A stretch of 64,000 bases of DNA from the human T2T-CHM13v2.0 reference genome, Homo sapiens. The stretch lies in assembly GCF_009914755.1 (NCBI RefSeq), contig NC_060935.1. One strand, written 5' to 3'. Under the pieces are notes generated by a model. It searched no databases and was not told the origin of the DNA. It saw only the letters and a program-made list of their open reading frames with translations. A program made the translations under genes and the position numbers. Of this stretch, positions 31,567 to 44,329 are shown one piece after another (within the stretch, counting starts at the first letter, position 1; every line of letters begins with the position of its first letter).

Positions 31567-32882
31567 TCAGGGGAGTCTCCACTACCAACTGATCCAGGAC
31601 CTGAAGAAGGAGATGGAGTGAGCTACCATATCTTGAGGAAGAGGTTTTAGCCAAAGGGAACAGCAATGCAAGGTCCTTAAGGAGTGGATATGTCTGGCAT
31701 ATTTGACTTATAACAGAGGATGATGTGGCTGGATAAGAGAGACTGAAGACTGAGTGGTACAAGAAGAGTGTATGTTCATCAACGGGGAATAACCTGGTAG
31801 AAAAGTGCAAATGGTAATTATAGGGAAGCGTTTTTGTTGACTAACCTAAGACAAGATACAAATTTGCTTTTTTTGGAAGGAAAATGGAGATATTGCTTTT
31901 CCTACTTATGAGTACTGAGAGTCCAAGTTGGTATTCATTTCAGTACCTCTAGGGAAGATGTTGAGATAACTCCAACTGGCCTGCAGAGGTCTTTGTATGA
32001 TCACAACTGGTATAACAATATAATGGAATTCAATGATCTATTATCTCACCTATCTGCCTATGTGCTCCTCCCTCTCTACCTTCAACCCTGGATGACTATC
32101 TTGATACTTAAGTGAATAATATTCTGAATCAGGGCCTTCATTTGGATGAGTCAATTCACTAATGATATGAAATGTTGACTCCCCTGCAATCAGAAGTGGG
32201 TTACATCCCAAGCCTTCACACTCAAACTAGAAATTCTAATTTAAGCACAACAGTAATGACTTCCATTTATATAGTCATTTTTCTCCAGAAGTATTCCAAA
32301 GTGCCTTAACAATTATATATAGGCAATCACATCGCCCACTACTAAAACACAGTCATGTCTAGAGGGAAAATGCAGTAACTGTTTAATAACAAACAGTAAC
32401 ATAACAAGAAGTAAAGATAAACACTTTAACAAATCCCACAGCCAAGTGTGAGGGGTGGAGAAGAGGTCCAACTAAGAAGCCAGAGTTACCTCAACTCGGA
32501 AAAAAGCCAAGATACCGTGGTTAAAGCCTGCATTTCTATATAACATGTCACCTCCTATTTAGTGCATGACAGGGCTCAGTATAAAATCTCCAGTGTCTCC
32601 CAAGCCCATTACATCACTAAAGCATAAATGTGGAAACCAGTTACCATATGTTGGCCTATTGAACGAGAACATTGTCTAGATATAATCCAACATGCTTTTA
32701 CTGCTTACTCCAAACTTGCCCTATGAGTGAGTTAAACTGATTCAAATATTCTTTGATAATGCAGGACAACCAAAGACTAAATCCATTGTTTCTTAAATGC
32801 TTACCCATAAGACAGCTGTCTTAAATTCACCAGGGTAGGTTAATAAAAGTCCAGATCCATGGGATTTATGCCACACTTTCTA

Positions 32883-33184
32883 TGTTGTTGTTGTTTTTTA
32901 TTTTTGAGACTGGTTCTTTGACACCCAGGATGGCGTGATCATGTAATCATAGCTCAATGCAGCCTTGAACTCCTAGGCTCAAGCAATTCTCATGCCTCAG
33001 CCTCCTGAGTAGCTGGAACTACAGGGGTGCACCACCAGGTCTGGCAAATTTTTGTACTTTTTTTTGTAGAAACAGGGTCTTGCCATGTTGACCAGGCCAG
33101 TCTCTAACTCCTGGCCTCAAGCAAACTGCCCATCTCAGCCTCCCAAAATGCTGAGTTTATAGGCATGAACCACGTTGCCTAGCC
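32883..33184 (-). mobile_element. AluJ
   Basis: catagctcaatgcagccttgaactcctaggctcaagc. TSD CCA(C/G)ACTTTCTA. Confidence 0.88.
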
Positions 33185-33231
33185 CCAGACTTTCTAAATC
33201 GGATTATTTAAAGGTGAGACCCAGGAATCTG

Positions 33232-33528
33232 TTTGTTTGTTTGTTTTTTGAGACGGAGTCTCGCTCTGTCCCCCAGGCTGAAGTGCAGTAGCGCAATCTC
33301 AGGTCACTGCAACTTCTGCCTCCTGGATTCAAGCAATTCTCTGCCTCAGCCTCCCAAGTAGCTGGGATTACAGGTGCCCACCACCATGCCCAGCTAATTT
33401 TTGCATTTTTAGTAGAGACAGGGTTTCACCATCTTGGCCAGGCTGGCCTTGAAATCCTGACCTTGTGATCCACCCACCTCAGCCTCCCAAAGTGCTGGGA
33501 TTACAAGCCTGAGCCACCGTGCCCGGCC
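33232..33528 (-). mobile_element. AluS (Sg-like)
   Basis: Full Alu. TSD A(G/A)GAATCTG. Both Alus here sit in a MER5-like remnant (ggtgagacccaggaatctg…tttttaa). Confidence 0.9.
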
Positions 33529-34329
33529 AAGAATCTGGTTTTTAATATGGTTTATAAGTAATTTGCATGGTCCTGTATTGGCAGATTTGGATAGCACTGG
33601 TGCAGCTAGATTAAAAAGTGAATTAATAGCTATGGGAAATAAGAGAAATGGATAATAAAGAATGAGAGAGATAAAACATGTACATTTAGAAAAGGAAGCA
33701 ATCCTCAAGCCTCTTTTTTTTTTTTTTTTAAGATATCTGTGTTTAGGTCCTTGAAATCTAGTTCCCTGTGAGCTAAAAAGCATTCAGGGCAAAATTCAGA
33801 CTTTGAAGATGGAAGAGATTTCAGAAGTTATGTAATCTAACACTCAGTTTACCAAGTTAGAAACTGAGGATGGATAGGTCATATGATTAAGGCTATAATG
33901 GCAGCTTTGGATACTTTCTAATGGTCTTTCCATCAAGGCCAAACCTATCTGGCCTGAGGGCCTGATCTGGAAGCCAATTTCACCGTGGTTGCCTTCAGTA
34001 GTTTTCTGACTTTCTTCTCATTAACTATCTAATTCACCCCAACAACAGTTATATACCTCTCTACTTTCCTCGTATTTTATTTCCTTTCTCTTCTGACTCT
34101 TTTCTCACATTCACCAAAATCTGACAGACTTAGTCTTTGGTTCACTTAACATTGTTTTCGGCAACAATTACAAACCATTTATGAGTTCTCACTAAGATAG
34201 AAAGTCAAAGCTAGATAGTAGGTATACAACTGTTTCCTACAACACAGAATATAAACTTCTGAAATCTGAACTGTTAAGTAAGCTCTAGTCACAATTTTGA
34301 CATTAATTGGCTTTATAGCATAGATACCA

Positions 34330-34790
34330 GCCATTCATGTACTGAATACCTATTTATTGAGTATCTTCTATGTGATTGGAATTGCTAGGTGTTGACAAAA
34401 ACACAGGCAGGTTTTCTTTCCACCTAGACATCAGGGTCAACAGAAAGATAGCCAGTAAACAATTACATTAATCACTATGGTAAGAGCCATATAGTAAATG
34501 TAAGGGCCGCTGTGGGACAGGCACCCTATACAGGACTGGCGGGCATGCAGGACCTAGTAGAAGTTTCAAGAAAAACTTCAAGGAAGTGATATGGAAGGGA
34601 AAATCTAATAGTTGAGTAGGAATTAGGCAAAGGGAGAGTGTGAAAAATGTTTCAGATAGATCTAAAAACACAAGCAAACTTCCTGAGCTGGGAAAAGAAG
34701 CTAAAAGGTCAATGCGACTAGAGCAAGGGGAGACAGAGGAAGAGAGCAGAAAATAAACTCAGAAAAGAAAGCAGCCAGATCACAATATTG
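34330..34790 (-). mobile_element. L2 (antisense)
   Basis: tatttattgagtatcttctatgtg…ctaggtgttg and aggaagtgat…ggaattaggcaaag. Confidence 0.55.
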
Positions 34791-37322
34791 TGCAGTAATT
34801 GCTGAGTAACTTGGAGATAATCCAACCTGCCACCAGGTTATTGTTTGCATCCAGTGAGGTATTTCTTGTGAGAGGATAAAATAACAGTAATTTTAGCAGC
34901 TGTGCAAAAAAAGGCATTGTAAAAAATTTAAGAGATTTTATAAATAAACTTGCTGTTTCTCCTTTCTCCTAGAGAAAAGAACTTTGATCCAGAGGTCTCC
35001 AGCAGAAAAAAAGACTAACTAACTCACATTTAAAACAAATGAGAGTGAGAGATCGTCCGCTTCCACTTGCCCTTTGCAAAGGAATCAGGAGCAGAATTTA
35101 AATGTGTGTGGGTGTGTGTCTGTGCGCACATGCACGTGCATGACTTACTATGCCATTTACCAAGTCTTTAAAATGGCCACCCAATACTGATGGTGCAGTA
35201 CTGCTGCCCTGACTAAAGTCACTCAAGGGCTGAGCTGGTGTCTCATGGTATTGCCTCACAATTTTCCCCATTAAACCACAGAGACATGGCCCAGATACAG
35301 ATCTCTGTCCTGTTAGCTAATTGGTATCATTATCCTAAGATATCTTCTGCTATCGAAAAATCCCTGCCGCAGAACATCAAAAATGTGGTACAAAATGACA
35401 CAGAAATCAACTTCCTGCTTGATACACTAAGAAGTGATTAAAAAAAAAATGGTTAGATCTTAGCGCACATCCTCATGAGTTGCGAATTCTAGTTAGACAT
35501 GTATTCGTGCAGACTCAGTTACCAGTTCTCATCTTTGGGAGAAGAAAAAAAAAGAAAAGTTTTAAGAATGTTGGTAATTAATAAACTAGGAAATATTAAT
35601 AGCCACAGAATGAACTGTTTTCTTATTCAGTGAGTGAAATAGCATTCCCTTTGCATTCAAAATGTTTTCTTCTGTGGTTTGGCCATAGGGAAATCAAGAC
35701 AGTATGTTTTCTTATTGCCCTTACTGTGACCCTTTAATTTTCTACCTTACCTTCTCCCCCACAGCCACTTACACACAACTTTACCAAAATGGATATTAGA
35801 TTTTTTCAGGGATTCTTTTTATAAACACCGAATCTGGAGGAAGGAGAATCTGATGCATACTGAAACAGTGATCTCTGGAAAAAACAGATTTTCCAGAGGG
35901 GGAAAAAAAGGCATCCAACGCCATATTCTCAATGTTCCTGTTTCCCTGAGCCACCACTGGTCTCATTAAATACCCTCAGAAAATAAATTTCCCTACACTC
36001 AAGAACTAACTGCTGTTATATAGGATCCCCAAGCTCTGCTGAGCTCCTTTAGAAAAGTATTGTTGTTATTACCCTAATGAGTTAGAAAGAGAGACATCTA
36101 CCTTAACAATTAAAGGGTGAGGATCAATTCCTGGCCTTAATGGATATCCTCAGAGTATTACAGCAAATTAGTAGTTGAACAAAAGAGACTCAATTCTTAA
36201 TACCCACAGCAGCTCAGTTTGAGCCTTGACTCACAAATGAGCTACAGCAATCTCATCTCTTTTCTAGTCCTTCAAGATCATCTTCCATTAATGAGGTAAA
36301 TCTATAATACTAACCACCATCACTTTGCTACTTTCCTAATGTTTAAAAGCAAGTCTGATTCTATGTGATTTTTATCTAGTTCATAGACTAGCTCATTTAG
36401 TATATGCTAATGAATTTCTTTTAAAGAGGAAAAAAAGACTCTTTACTTAAATTTGTTTTCCCTTTGAGCTATTACCTGAAAAACCATTCCAGCAGCCATT
36501 AAAACTTGTCAAAGGAGTTTACAGTGATGATTTCAGTATAAGTGCATCCCAATTCACAGACCCAATTGCTAAACATTTATTTTTGATGTATTTGTTGTTT
36601 ACGTATTCTAGGATATTATAACTATTTAATGGTCATGTTGGAAATACTTTTTTAAAGCAATTATACTCATAGACCAGGGAGATGAAAATAGCATCTGATA
36701 GAGAATAAGAGACTTATTGATACCATTTATATGCTCCAGCTGACACAATTATCACAATTATTTTGGAAAAGCAAACACTAAAGCAATTTCCAGTTGTGTT
36801 CACTCATGTGATTGTACATTCCAGTGAAAATACCTGAAACCATAAGAATCTACAGGGGAAATTATATTAGTGACACAGAAAGTTGAATATCTCTGAAATT
36901 TCAGGCCATATGAAAACTACCAATTTATCTCTACTGTATACTATGGATTGAAGAGAAAAATCATTATGTCTTCAAGTTGAAAAACCTAGGTTCAAGGTCT
37001 GACTCTGTCAAGTCCATAGGTATACAATCTTGTATAAACAATGTTTCTGAACCACAGTTTCCTTATTGTTATATTATTGATAATAATAATCTATTTCATG
37101 AATTAAAAACACTATGAAAATGAAAATGTATGCTAGGATCTCTAAAAGTCCAAAATCTTTTTATATTTTTAACTGTAGAAGGAGGAGAATTTAGCTGAGT
37201 TATTTTTAATACCTCAAAAAATTCCTTGTTATGTACAATGCTGATAGAACTGTTCAATTATCTAATAACTTCAAAATATACTTAACAATTCTGTCTCTCG
37301 TGATGTATTTACATATTATTAC

Positions 37323-39675
37323 TATATTAGTCTGTTTTCACACTGCTGATAAATACATACCCAAGACTGGGCAATTTAAAAAAAAAAAAAAGGTTTAATG
37401 TACTTAGAGTTCCACAAGGCTGGGGAGGCCTCACAATCATGGGGGAAGGCAAGGAGGAGCAAATCACATCTTACATGGATGGTGACAGGAAGAGAGAGAG
37501 AGATTGTGCAGGGAAACTCCCATTTTTTAAAACCATCAGATGTCATGAGACTTCTTCACTATCATGAGAACAGCACAGAAAAGACCCACCCCCATGATTT
37601 AATTACCTCCCACTGGGTCCCTCCCATGACTCGTGGGAATTGTGAGTTACAATTCAAGATGAGATTTGGCTGGGGACACAGCCAAACCATATCATTCTGC
37701 CCCTGGCCCCTCCCAAATCTCATGTCTTCACATTTCAAAACCAATCATGCCTTCCCAACAGTTCCCCAACGTCTTAACACATTTCAGTATTAACTGAAAA
37801 GTCCACAGTCTAAAGTCTCATCCAAGACAAGGCAAGTCCCTGCTGCCTATGAGCCTGTAAAATCAAAAGCAAGTACATTGTATGTACTTCCTACATACAA
37901 TGGAGGTGGGGCATTGGGTAAATACAGCCACTCCAAATGGGAGAAACTGGCCAAAACAAAGGGGCTACAGGCCCCAGGGAAGTCTGAAATCCAGCGGGTC
38001 AGTCAGATCTTAGAGCTCCAAAATGATCTCCTTTGACTCCATGTCTCACATCCAGGTCATGCTGGTGCAAGAGATGGGTTCCCAGGGTCTTGGGAAGCTC
38101 CAACCCTGTGTCTTTGAAGGGTACAGACTCCCTGCTGGCTGCTTTCACAAGCTGGTGTTGTGTCTGCAGCTTTTCCAGGCACATGATGCAAGCTGTCAGT
38201 GGATCTACCATTCTGGGGTTTGGAGGACAGTGGCCCTCTTCTCACAGCTCCACTGGGCAGTGCCCCTGTAGGAACTCTGTGTGGGGGCTCTGACCTCACA
38301 TTTCCCTTCCACACTGCCTTAGCAGAGGTTCTCCATGAGAGCCCCATCACTGCAGCAAACTTTTGCCTGGACATCCAGGCATTTCCATACATCCTCTGAA
38401 ATCTAGGCAGAGGTTCCCAAACCTCAATTCTTGACTTCTGTATACCTGCAGGCTCAACACCACATGGAAGCTGCCAAGGCTTGGGGCTTCTACCCTTTGA
38501 AGCAACAGCCCAAGCTATAACTTGGCCCCTTTTAGCCATGGCTGGAGCAGCTGGGACACAGGACACCATGTTCCCAGGCTGCACACAGCACAGGGACCCT
38601 GGGGCCAGCCCACAAAACCATTTTTTCCTCCTAGACCTTTGGGCCTGTAATGGGAGGGGCTGCTGTTAAGACCTCTGACATGCCTTGGAGACTTTTTCCC
38701 CATTGTTTTGGGGATTAACATTCAGCTCCTCATTATTTACGCAAATTTCTGCAGCCAGCTTAAATTTCTCTTCAGAAAATGCGTTTTTTTTTTTCCTGTA
38801 ATATTGTCAGGGTGCAAATTTTTCAAACCTTTATGCTCCACTTCCTTTATAAAACTGAAGACCTTTAACAGCACCCATGTCACCTGTCACCTCTTGAATG
38901 CTTTGCTGCTTAGAAATTTCCTCTGCCAAATACCCTAAATCATCTCTCTCAAGTTCAAAGTTCCACAAATCTCTAGGGCAGGGGCTAAATGACACCAGTT
39001 TATTTGCTAAACATAACAAGAGTCACTTTTGTTCCAGTTGCCAACAAGTTCCTCAACTTCATCTGAGACCACCTTAGCCTGGACATTGTTGTTCATATCA
39101 GTATCAGCATTTTTGCCAAAGCCATTCAACAAAGTCTCTGGAAAGTTTCATACTTTCCCACATTTTCCTGTCTTCCTCTAAACCCTCCAAACTGTTCCAA
39201 TCACTGCCTGTTACCAAGTTCCAAAGTTGCTTCCACATTTTCGGGTATCTTTTCAGCAACGTCCCACTTTACTGGTACCAATTTACTTTATTAGTCCATT
39301 TTCATGCTGCTGATAACTGCATACCTGAGACTGGGCAATTTACAAAAAAAAAAAAAAAAAGGTTTAATGGACTTACAGTTCCACATGGCTGGGGAGGCCT
39401 CACAATCATGGTGGAAGGCAAAGAGGAGCAAGTCATATCTTACGTGGATGGTGGCAGGCAAATAGAGAAAGAGAGAAAGAGCTTGTGCAGGGAAACTACC
39501 ATTTTTTAAAACCACCAGATCTTGTGAGACTTATTCACTATCATGCGAACAGCATGGGAAAGACCCACTCCCATGATTCAATTATCTCCCACTGGGTCCT
39601 TCCCATGACACATGGGAATTGTGGGAGTTACAACTCAAGATGAGATTTCGGTGGGGACACAGCCAAACCATATCA
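37323..39675 (-). mobile_element. Full-length THE1B MaLR retroelement (LTR-internal-LTR, 2353 bp)
   Basis: Two LTRs (37323-37694, 39287-39675) each ending gccaaaccatatca. THE1 internal region ttctgcccctggcccctcccaaatctcatgtc…ctggtaccaatttac. TSD ATTAC/ATTAT. Confidence 0.93.
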
Positions 39676-41622
39676 ATTATATATGTATATTACAAATTTA
39701 ATATTATCTATTCAAAAAATAAATAGTAGGTAGTATCAAAGATTATTCTAAGAATTACATATGAGTTGGTGAGAGTCTATTCCCAAAAGGGATAAAATAT
39801 ACATTATCAATTACTAAAATGATTAGGGCAGAAGTAAAGTAGATCAGGGTAGAGAAAAAACAAGAGATCCACCCAAAGCAAAAATCCAAACTATATAAAG
39901 GACTTTGGATAAGACAAAGTACATATCTCCAAAGAAAGGAGAGAAAGAATGGATGATTTCTTAAGTGTTTGTAATCTGTAGAAGCAAGTTAGGAAAGTAA
40001 AACAGAAAATCTGCATGTAGTTGCATGTATAACCTCACCCTATATCAGGTCTGACAAAAAATATTGAATTTCATATTTCAATGCGGTCAACTGAGAGGGA
40101 TTTTCCTGGAGGACAGTATTTCGTGGAGAAAAGGTTGGGAAGGGCAGGTAGGAAGGCCACTGTAAAGGTTCAGGGCTGTCTGTCATTGAGAGAGACCTAC
40201 TTACAAAACTTGTATTTGCTATCCTTATATCCTTATATTTATAATTTCCCAAATAAATGAATATACTGCACTAAAGTATATTCATAGAGGTAAATACTTT
40301 TAAAATATTTCTAAACTATAGAAAAAAGTCACAAATTAAAAGACCAACAGATTTGAATACACAATTGTTCTATTATAGCAATGTAAAAACCAAAATTTTA
40401 AAAAAAGAAAAAAAGATGTAAATTAAATTAAAATGTATTAACACCTATATAAAAATTATTCATTTATGTATATATGTAATAATTAGGACTCCAATAGGTA
40501 TATTAGAAAAGAGTATAAAACAGATAATCCGTACAGAGAGGTAAATATAGTAAATAAACACATAGAAAAAATGTCCAGCCTTGATAATTATAAAAGATAG
40601 ATAAATGACATGAATGTAGTATAAAATTTTGTACTGATTAAGGAAAAAGAATGCTTAAAGTCTTAGTGTTTTGTCTGATGAAGCCAAAAAAAGGAGAAAG
40701 ACTGAAAAACAGATACAGCTTTTAATTCAGTAAAATCAGTAAATGCACAAAAAACTAAGTGTAGCATCAGCACAGTAATGAAAAGGAAAATGTAAATTAT
40801 ATATGCCTCAGTAGAGAAGTGGTTAAGTATATTGAAGGCAGCAACCAATAAAATCTTTTAGTGCCACTAAATATAGCTGCTGTGGAAAATATAACAGAGA
40901 AAAATTTTATAACCATATTTCAAGTTAAAATGTAAAATATAACACTGTCTAAAAGTTAATATAAATACATTCAGAAAACTTGAAAGTGAAAGGAATTTAG
41001 AAAAATTAAACTTATAGTTGGCTCATGGGTTAGGCACTAGGTTTCTTTGTATCTTTATCTTTAAAATTCCTTAGATATTGATATGTTGTGATTTCACTGT
41101 GATAAAGAAGCATATTAACAATGTTTTGCACATCTCTCCTGAACACTGGGTCGGAGGTGGGGAGATGAGAGTTAATTTGAAACATACTACTTAGTAATCT
41201 GTATTATCAAATAAATGTTCACCCACTATTTATCTAGTAACATCAGGAAGTACTATTAATGGAACAAGAACATAATTTCAACCAAAATCTAAATTACGCC
41301 CTGAGTCACAGTGATGGATTCTTTCAAGACATTTTGATACCGTTTAGGTAGTCACGTGTGCCTTGTTTCCTAAGGATTTTCTATGGCTTTAGCTTACTGT
41401 TTCTCAATCTCTTTTAAAATTCACAAAAGTAGTATTTTTCATTCTAGAAAGTATATACGTCTGATAAATCAAACAGATAATTCTGGAAGAACCCTGATTT
41501 TTTAATTATATACACCTGGACCCAAACCCAGATCTAAAATGTACAAGCAGAGTGACCTTGGACATGTTAATTAAGCTCCCTGATTATATACATTTTCATC
41601 TATGAAATTGTGATAATAGCAG

Positions 41623-42443
41623 TGATATGGGAAGGGGAGCAGGGGAAGTGTTGGGAAGGGGAGGGCATGGTCCCTGGATAGGGCTCCAATCCCAGGCCTG
41701 TGCCCAGGGACGAAGGTGAGGACAGGCACTTCTGTTTTCATGCCCAAATGTTGTATTTCCCAAGACCACCTTGGCCCACCACACCCCCATTATGTGTCTG
41801 TACAAATCCCGAGGCTGTAGCAGGCATGCACACAAGTGTCTGGACGTTGAGAAGAACACACTGGCAGAAGAGGACACAAGTAACTGGAAGTCGAGAAAAA
41901 TGCACTGGCGAAAGAGCACACCAGCAGACCCAGCAGACCACAGACCAGTAGAAAGACGTGGAGTTTGGCCAAGGCATTTGGAGGTAAGCCTAGCCACTGA
42001 GTCGCCCAACTCCAGGGGAAAACCACCTTCCCACTCCATCCCCCTTCTGGCCTCCCCATCCTCCTTGCTGAGAGCTACTGCTCAATAAAAAAGCCTTGCA
42101 CTCTTTCTCCAAGCCCACGTGTTATCAGATTCTTCCAGTACACCAAGGTAAGAACCCTGGGATACAGAAAGCCCTCTGTCCTTGCAGTAAGGCAGGGGTC
42201 TAATAGAGCTGATTAGCACAAGCCACCTACAGATGGCAAAACTAAAAGAGCACCCTGTAACTTGCCCACTAGGGCTTCATGAGCTGTGAGCATTCACCCC
42301 TAGACGCTGCCGTGGGGCCGGAGCACCACAACCTGCCCATCTGCATGCTCCCGCTAGAGGTTTGAGCAGCAGGGTAGCAAAGAAGTAAGCCACATACCAA
42401 TTACACATCCTGTGAGGAGGATAAGGGAACTTTTCTCGTTTCA
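41623..42443 (+). mobile_element. ERV1 solo LTR, LTR1 family, inserted in a MIR
   Basis: tgatatgggaagggg…ggtgaggacaggcac…cccaagaccacc, AATAAA near 42084, ends gggaacttttctcgtttca. 4-bp TSD GCAG. MIR sequence on both sides (~41520-42530). Confidence 0.82.
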
Positions 42444-42929
42444 GCAGTAACTACCTCTTGGTTTTGCTATAAATGATATCATATCTGAACAGTTTACATA
42501 CATAATAAGTGGCAGTAAATGTTAATTTCTTTCTCTTTTCCATTCTCATGTTATGAATAGAACAAGAGTGAACTCAAAGAGACTATCAGTCTCAGCAACA
42601 CCTATCCAGTTTTCACAAATTTCCTGTTTAACTTTGGATTGAAGATACCCTCCCCTTCCTCTCCCTTCCCCTCCTCCCACCCAACACACAAACACAGACT
42701 TCTTACTTCTTTACCAGGAGACATTCTGTGCTGTTGAATACAAACATCACTGCCCAATTGGGGAAAGCAAGAATTCCCACGTTTACAGTTTACCTGCAGT
42801 TAAGCAACATATTCTTATTTTTTAGTTGCTTTTCTATGTCTCCTCTAAGTAAGCAACTAAAAAAATAATTACTCTTCAATAATACATGTTGAGATGATTT
42901 TCCAAAAAAGCAGCATAGCGTAACAAGGA

Positions 42930-43175
42930 AGACTGAATAGTGAGGTAGCCAGAATGGAGCCTTCGGAGTTAGACTACCTGGAAGCCAATCCCAGCTTAAT
43001 CTCTTACTGGCTATGTGATTCCAAGCAGAAGTAATAGATCTATGTACAAATTTTCTTATCCTTTAATTAAGAACAATAATAGCAATCATTCATAGATGGA
43101 CTGTGAAGATCAGGTGAGCTGATGATACTTATAACACTGTCTACTCATGTGGTACTGTTTGATCAATATTAGTTT
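42930..43175 (+). mobile_element. MIR SINE
   Basis: ggagttagactacctgg…aatcccagc…cttactggctatgtga…gtgaagatcaggtgag. Confidence 0.65.
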
Positions 43176-43594
43176 TTTTATCTCTTCTAAATGAAGGGGG
43201 AGCCTAGAAAGAGAGGAGAAAAAGAAGCAAAAAAAAAAAAAAAAGAGTATAATGCAATGATAAAGACTGGTGAAATAAATGGTTTCTAAAATGTATTAGC
43301 TGTTTGGTTTTGGGCAGGTTATCTCTAAGCTTAGCTCTCTTACATATAGAACCATATATCCTTGTTGTTATGCTTTCATGAGAATTGTAAAGAAAACTAC
43401 TTTTTAGCACAAAACAGGACCTGCCCCCCCCCCCAAAAAAAAGTATAATTTATGTTGGCAATTTCTTAAACTAATAAATGATTCTTATTAAATAAAAATT
43501 ATAACCCACGATCAAGCCAAACAGAACCACAGAAATCAATAACAAGAATATTTCTTGTTCACCTATGGTCAAAAGACTGACTCACCTGTTTTCT

Positions 43595-44260
43595 CACTCA
43601 TTTATTCAACAAAGATTTATAGGGCACCTTTATGTACAAAACACAGCTCAGCTATCAGGATACCACAGTGAATGAGACAAAAAAGCCTCTGACTTCACAA
43701 AGTCTGTATTCTACTGAGAGATAAAAACAATGAACAAAAGTGAAAATAATCATTGAACATGGTCAGTGCTATGAAGATGCTGTGATAGGTTAGTCTGAGA
43801 AATCCTTTCTGAGGAAGTGGCAGTTAAGACAAGTAAAAAAAGACAAGACGTTTCCTGGCTGAGGGAACAAGAAGAATAAAGGCTTTGAGGTGAGATAGAC
43901 CTTGCGGATTATGTGATCCAAGAGAAGGGCAATGTGACTGGAAAATAGAGGAACTGTGTTTGTAGAGCTGGGTAAGGACCAGACTATTTAGTGTCTGCCA
44001 CAGTGATAAGGAGATTGGATTCCTGCAAAATGGGAAAGTTTAAATGGGAGGATGATGCGATCCCACTCACACTGAAAAATACTGAAGACTTGGCATTAAG
44101 AATGCAGCAGGATTAGAAAGAAAAAGACTAAAGGAAAGGTTTACTCAGAGGGTATTTTAATTAAGATGACCACATGCCCCAAGGTGATGGCAGAGGGCTG
44201 AAGAGAAATGGACAGGCATAAGGTATGAAATTAGAATTAGTGATATGAGAGGGGATGAAA
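43595..44260 (-). mobile_element. L2 (antisense)
   Basis: tcatttattcaacaaagatttatagggcacc…ggataccacagtgaatgagacaaa…ttctgaggaagtggcagttaag. Confidence 0.7.
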
Positions 44261-44329
44261 GAAGTAGGTCGTGTGAAGACAAAGGTGCAATGAGAAACTA
44301 GGAAATAAACTACAGGGATAATGCTTTTT

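Noticed and set aside
37398-39515. Dense overlapping ORFs up to 175 aa
   Set aside because: All lie in THE1B LTR or internal sequence and are typical spurious or decayed MaLR frames.
41596-42088. Five overlapping ORFs on both strands
   Set aside because: They lie within a GC-richer LTR1-family solo LTR, with no recognisable protein.
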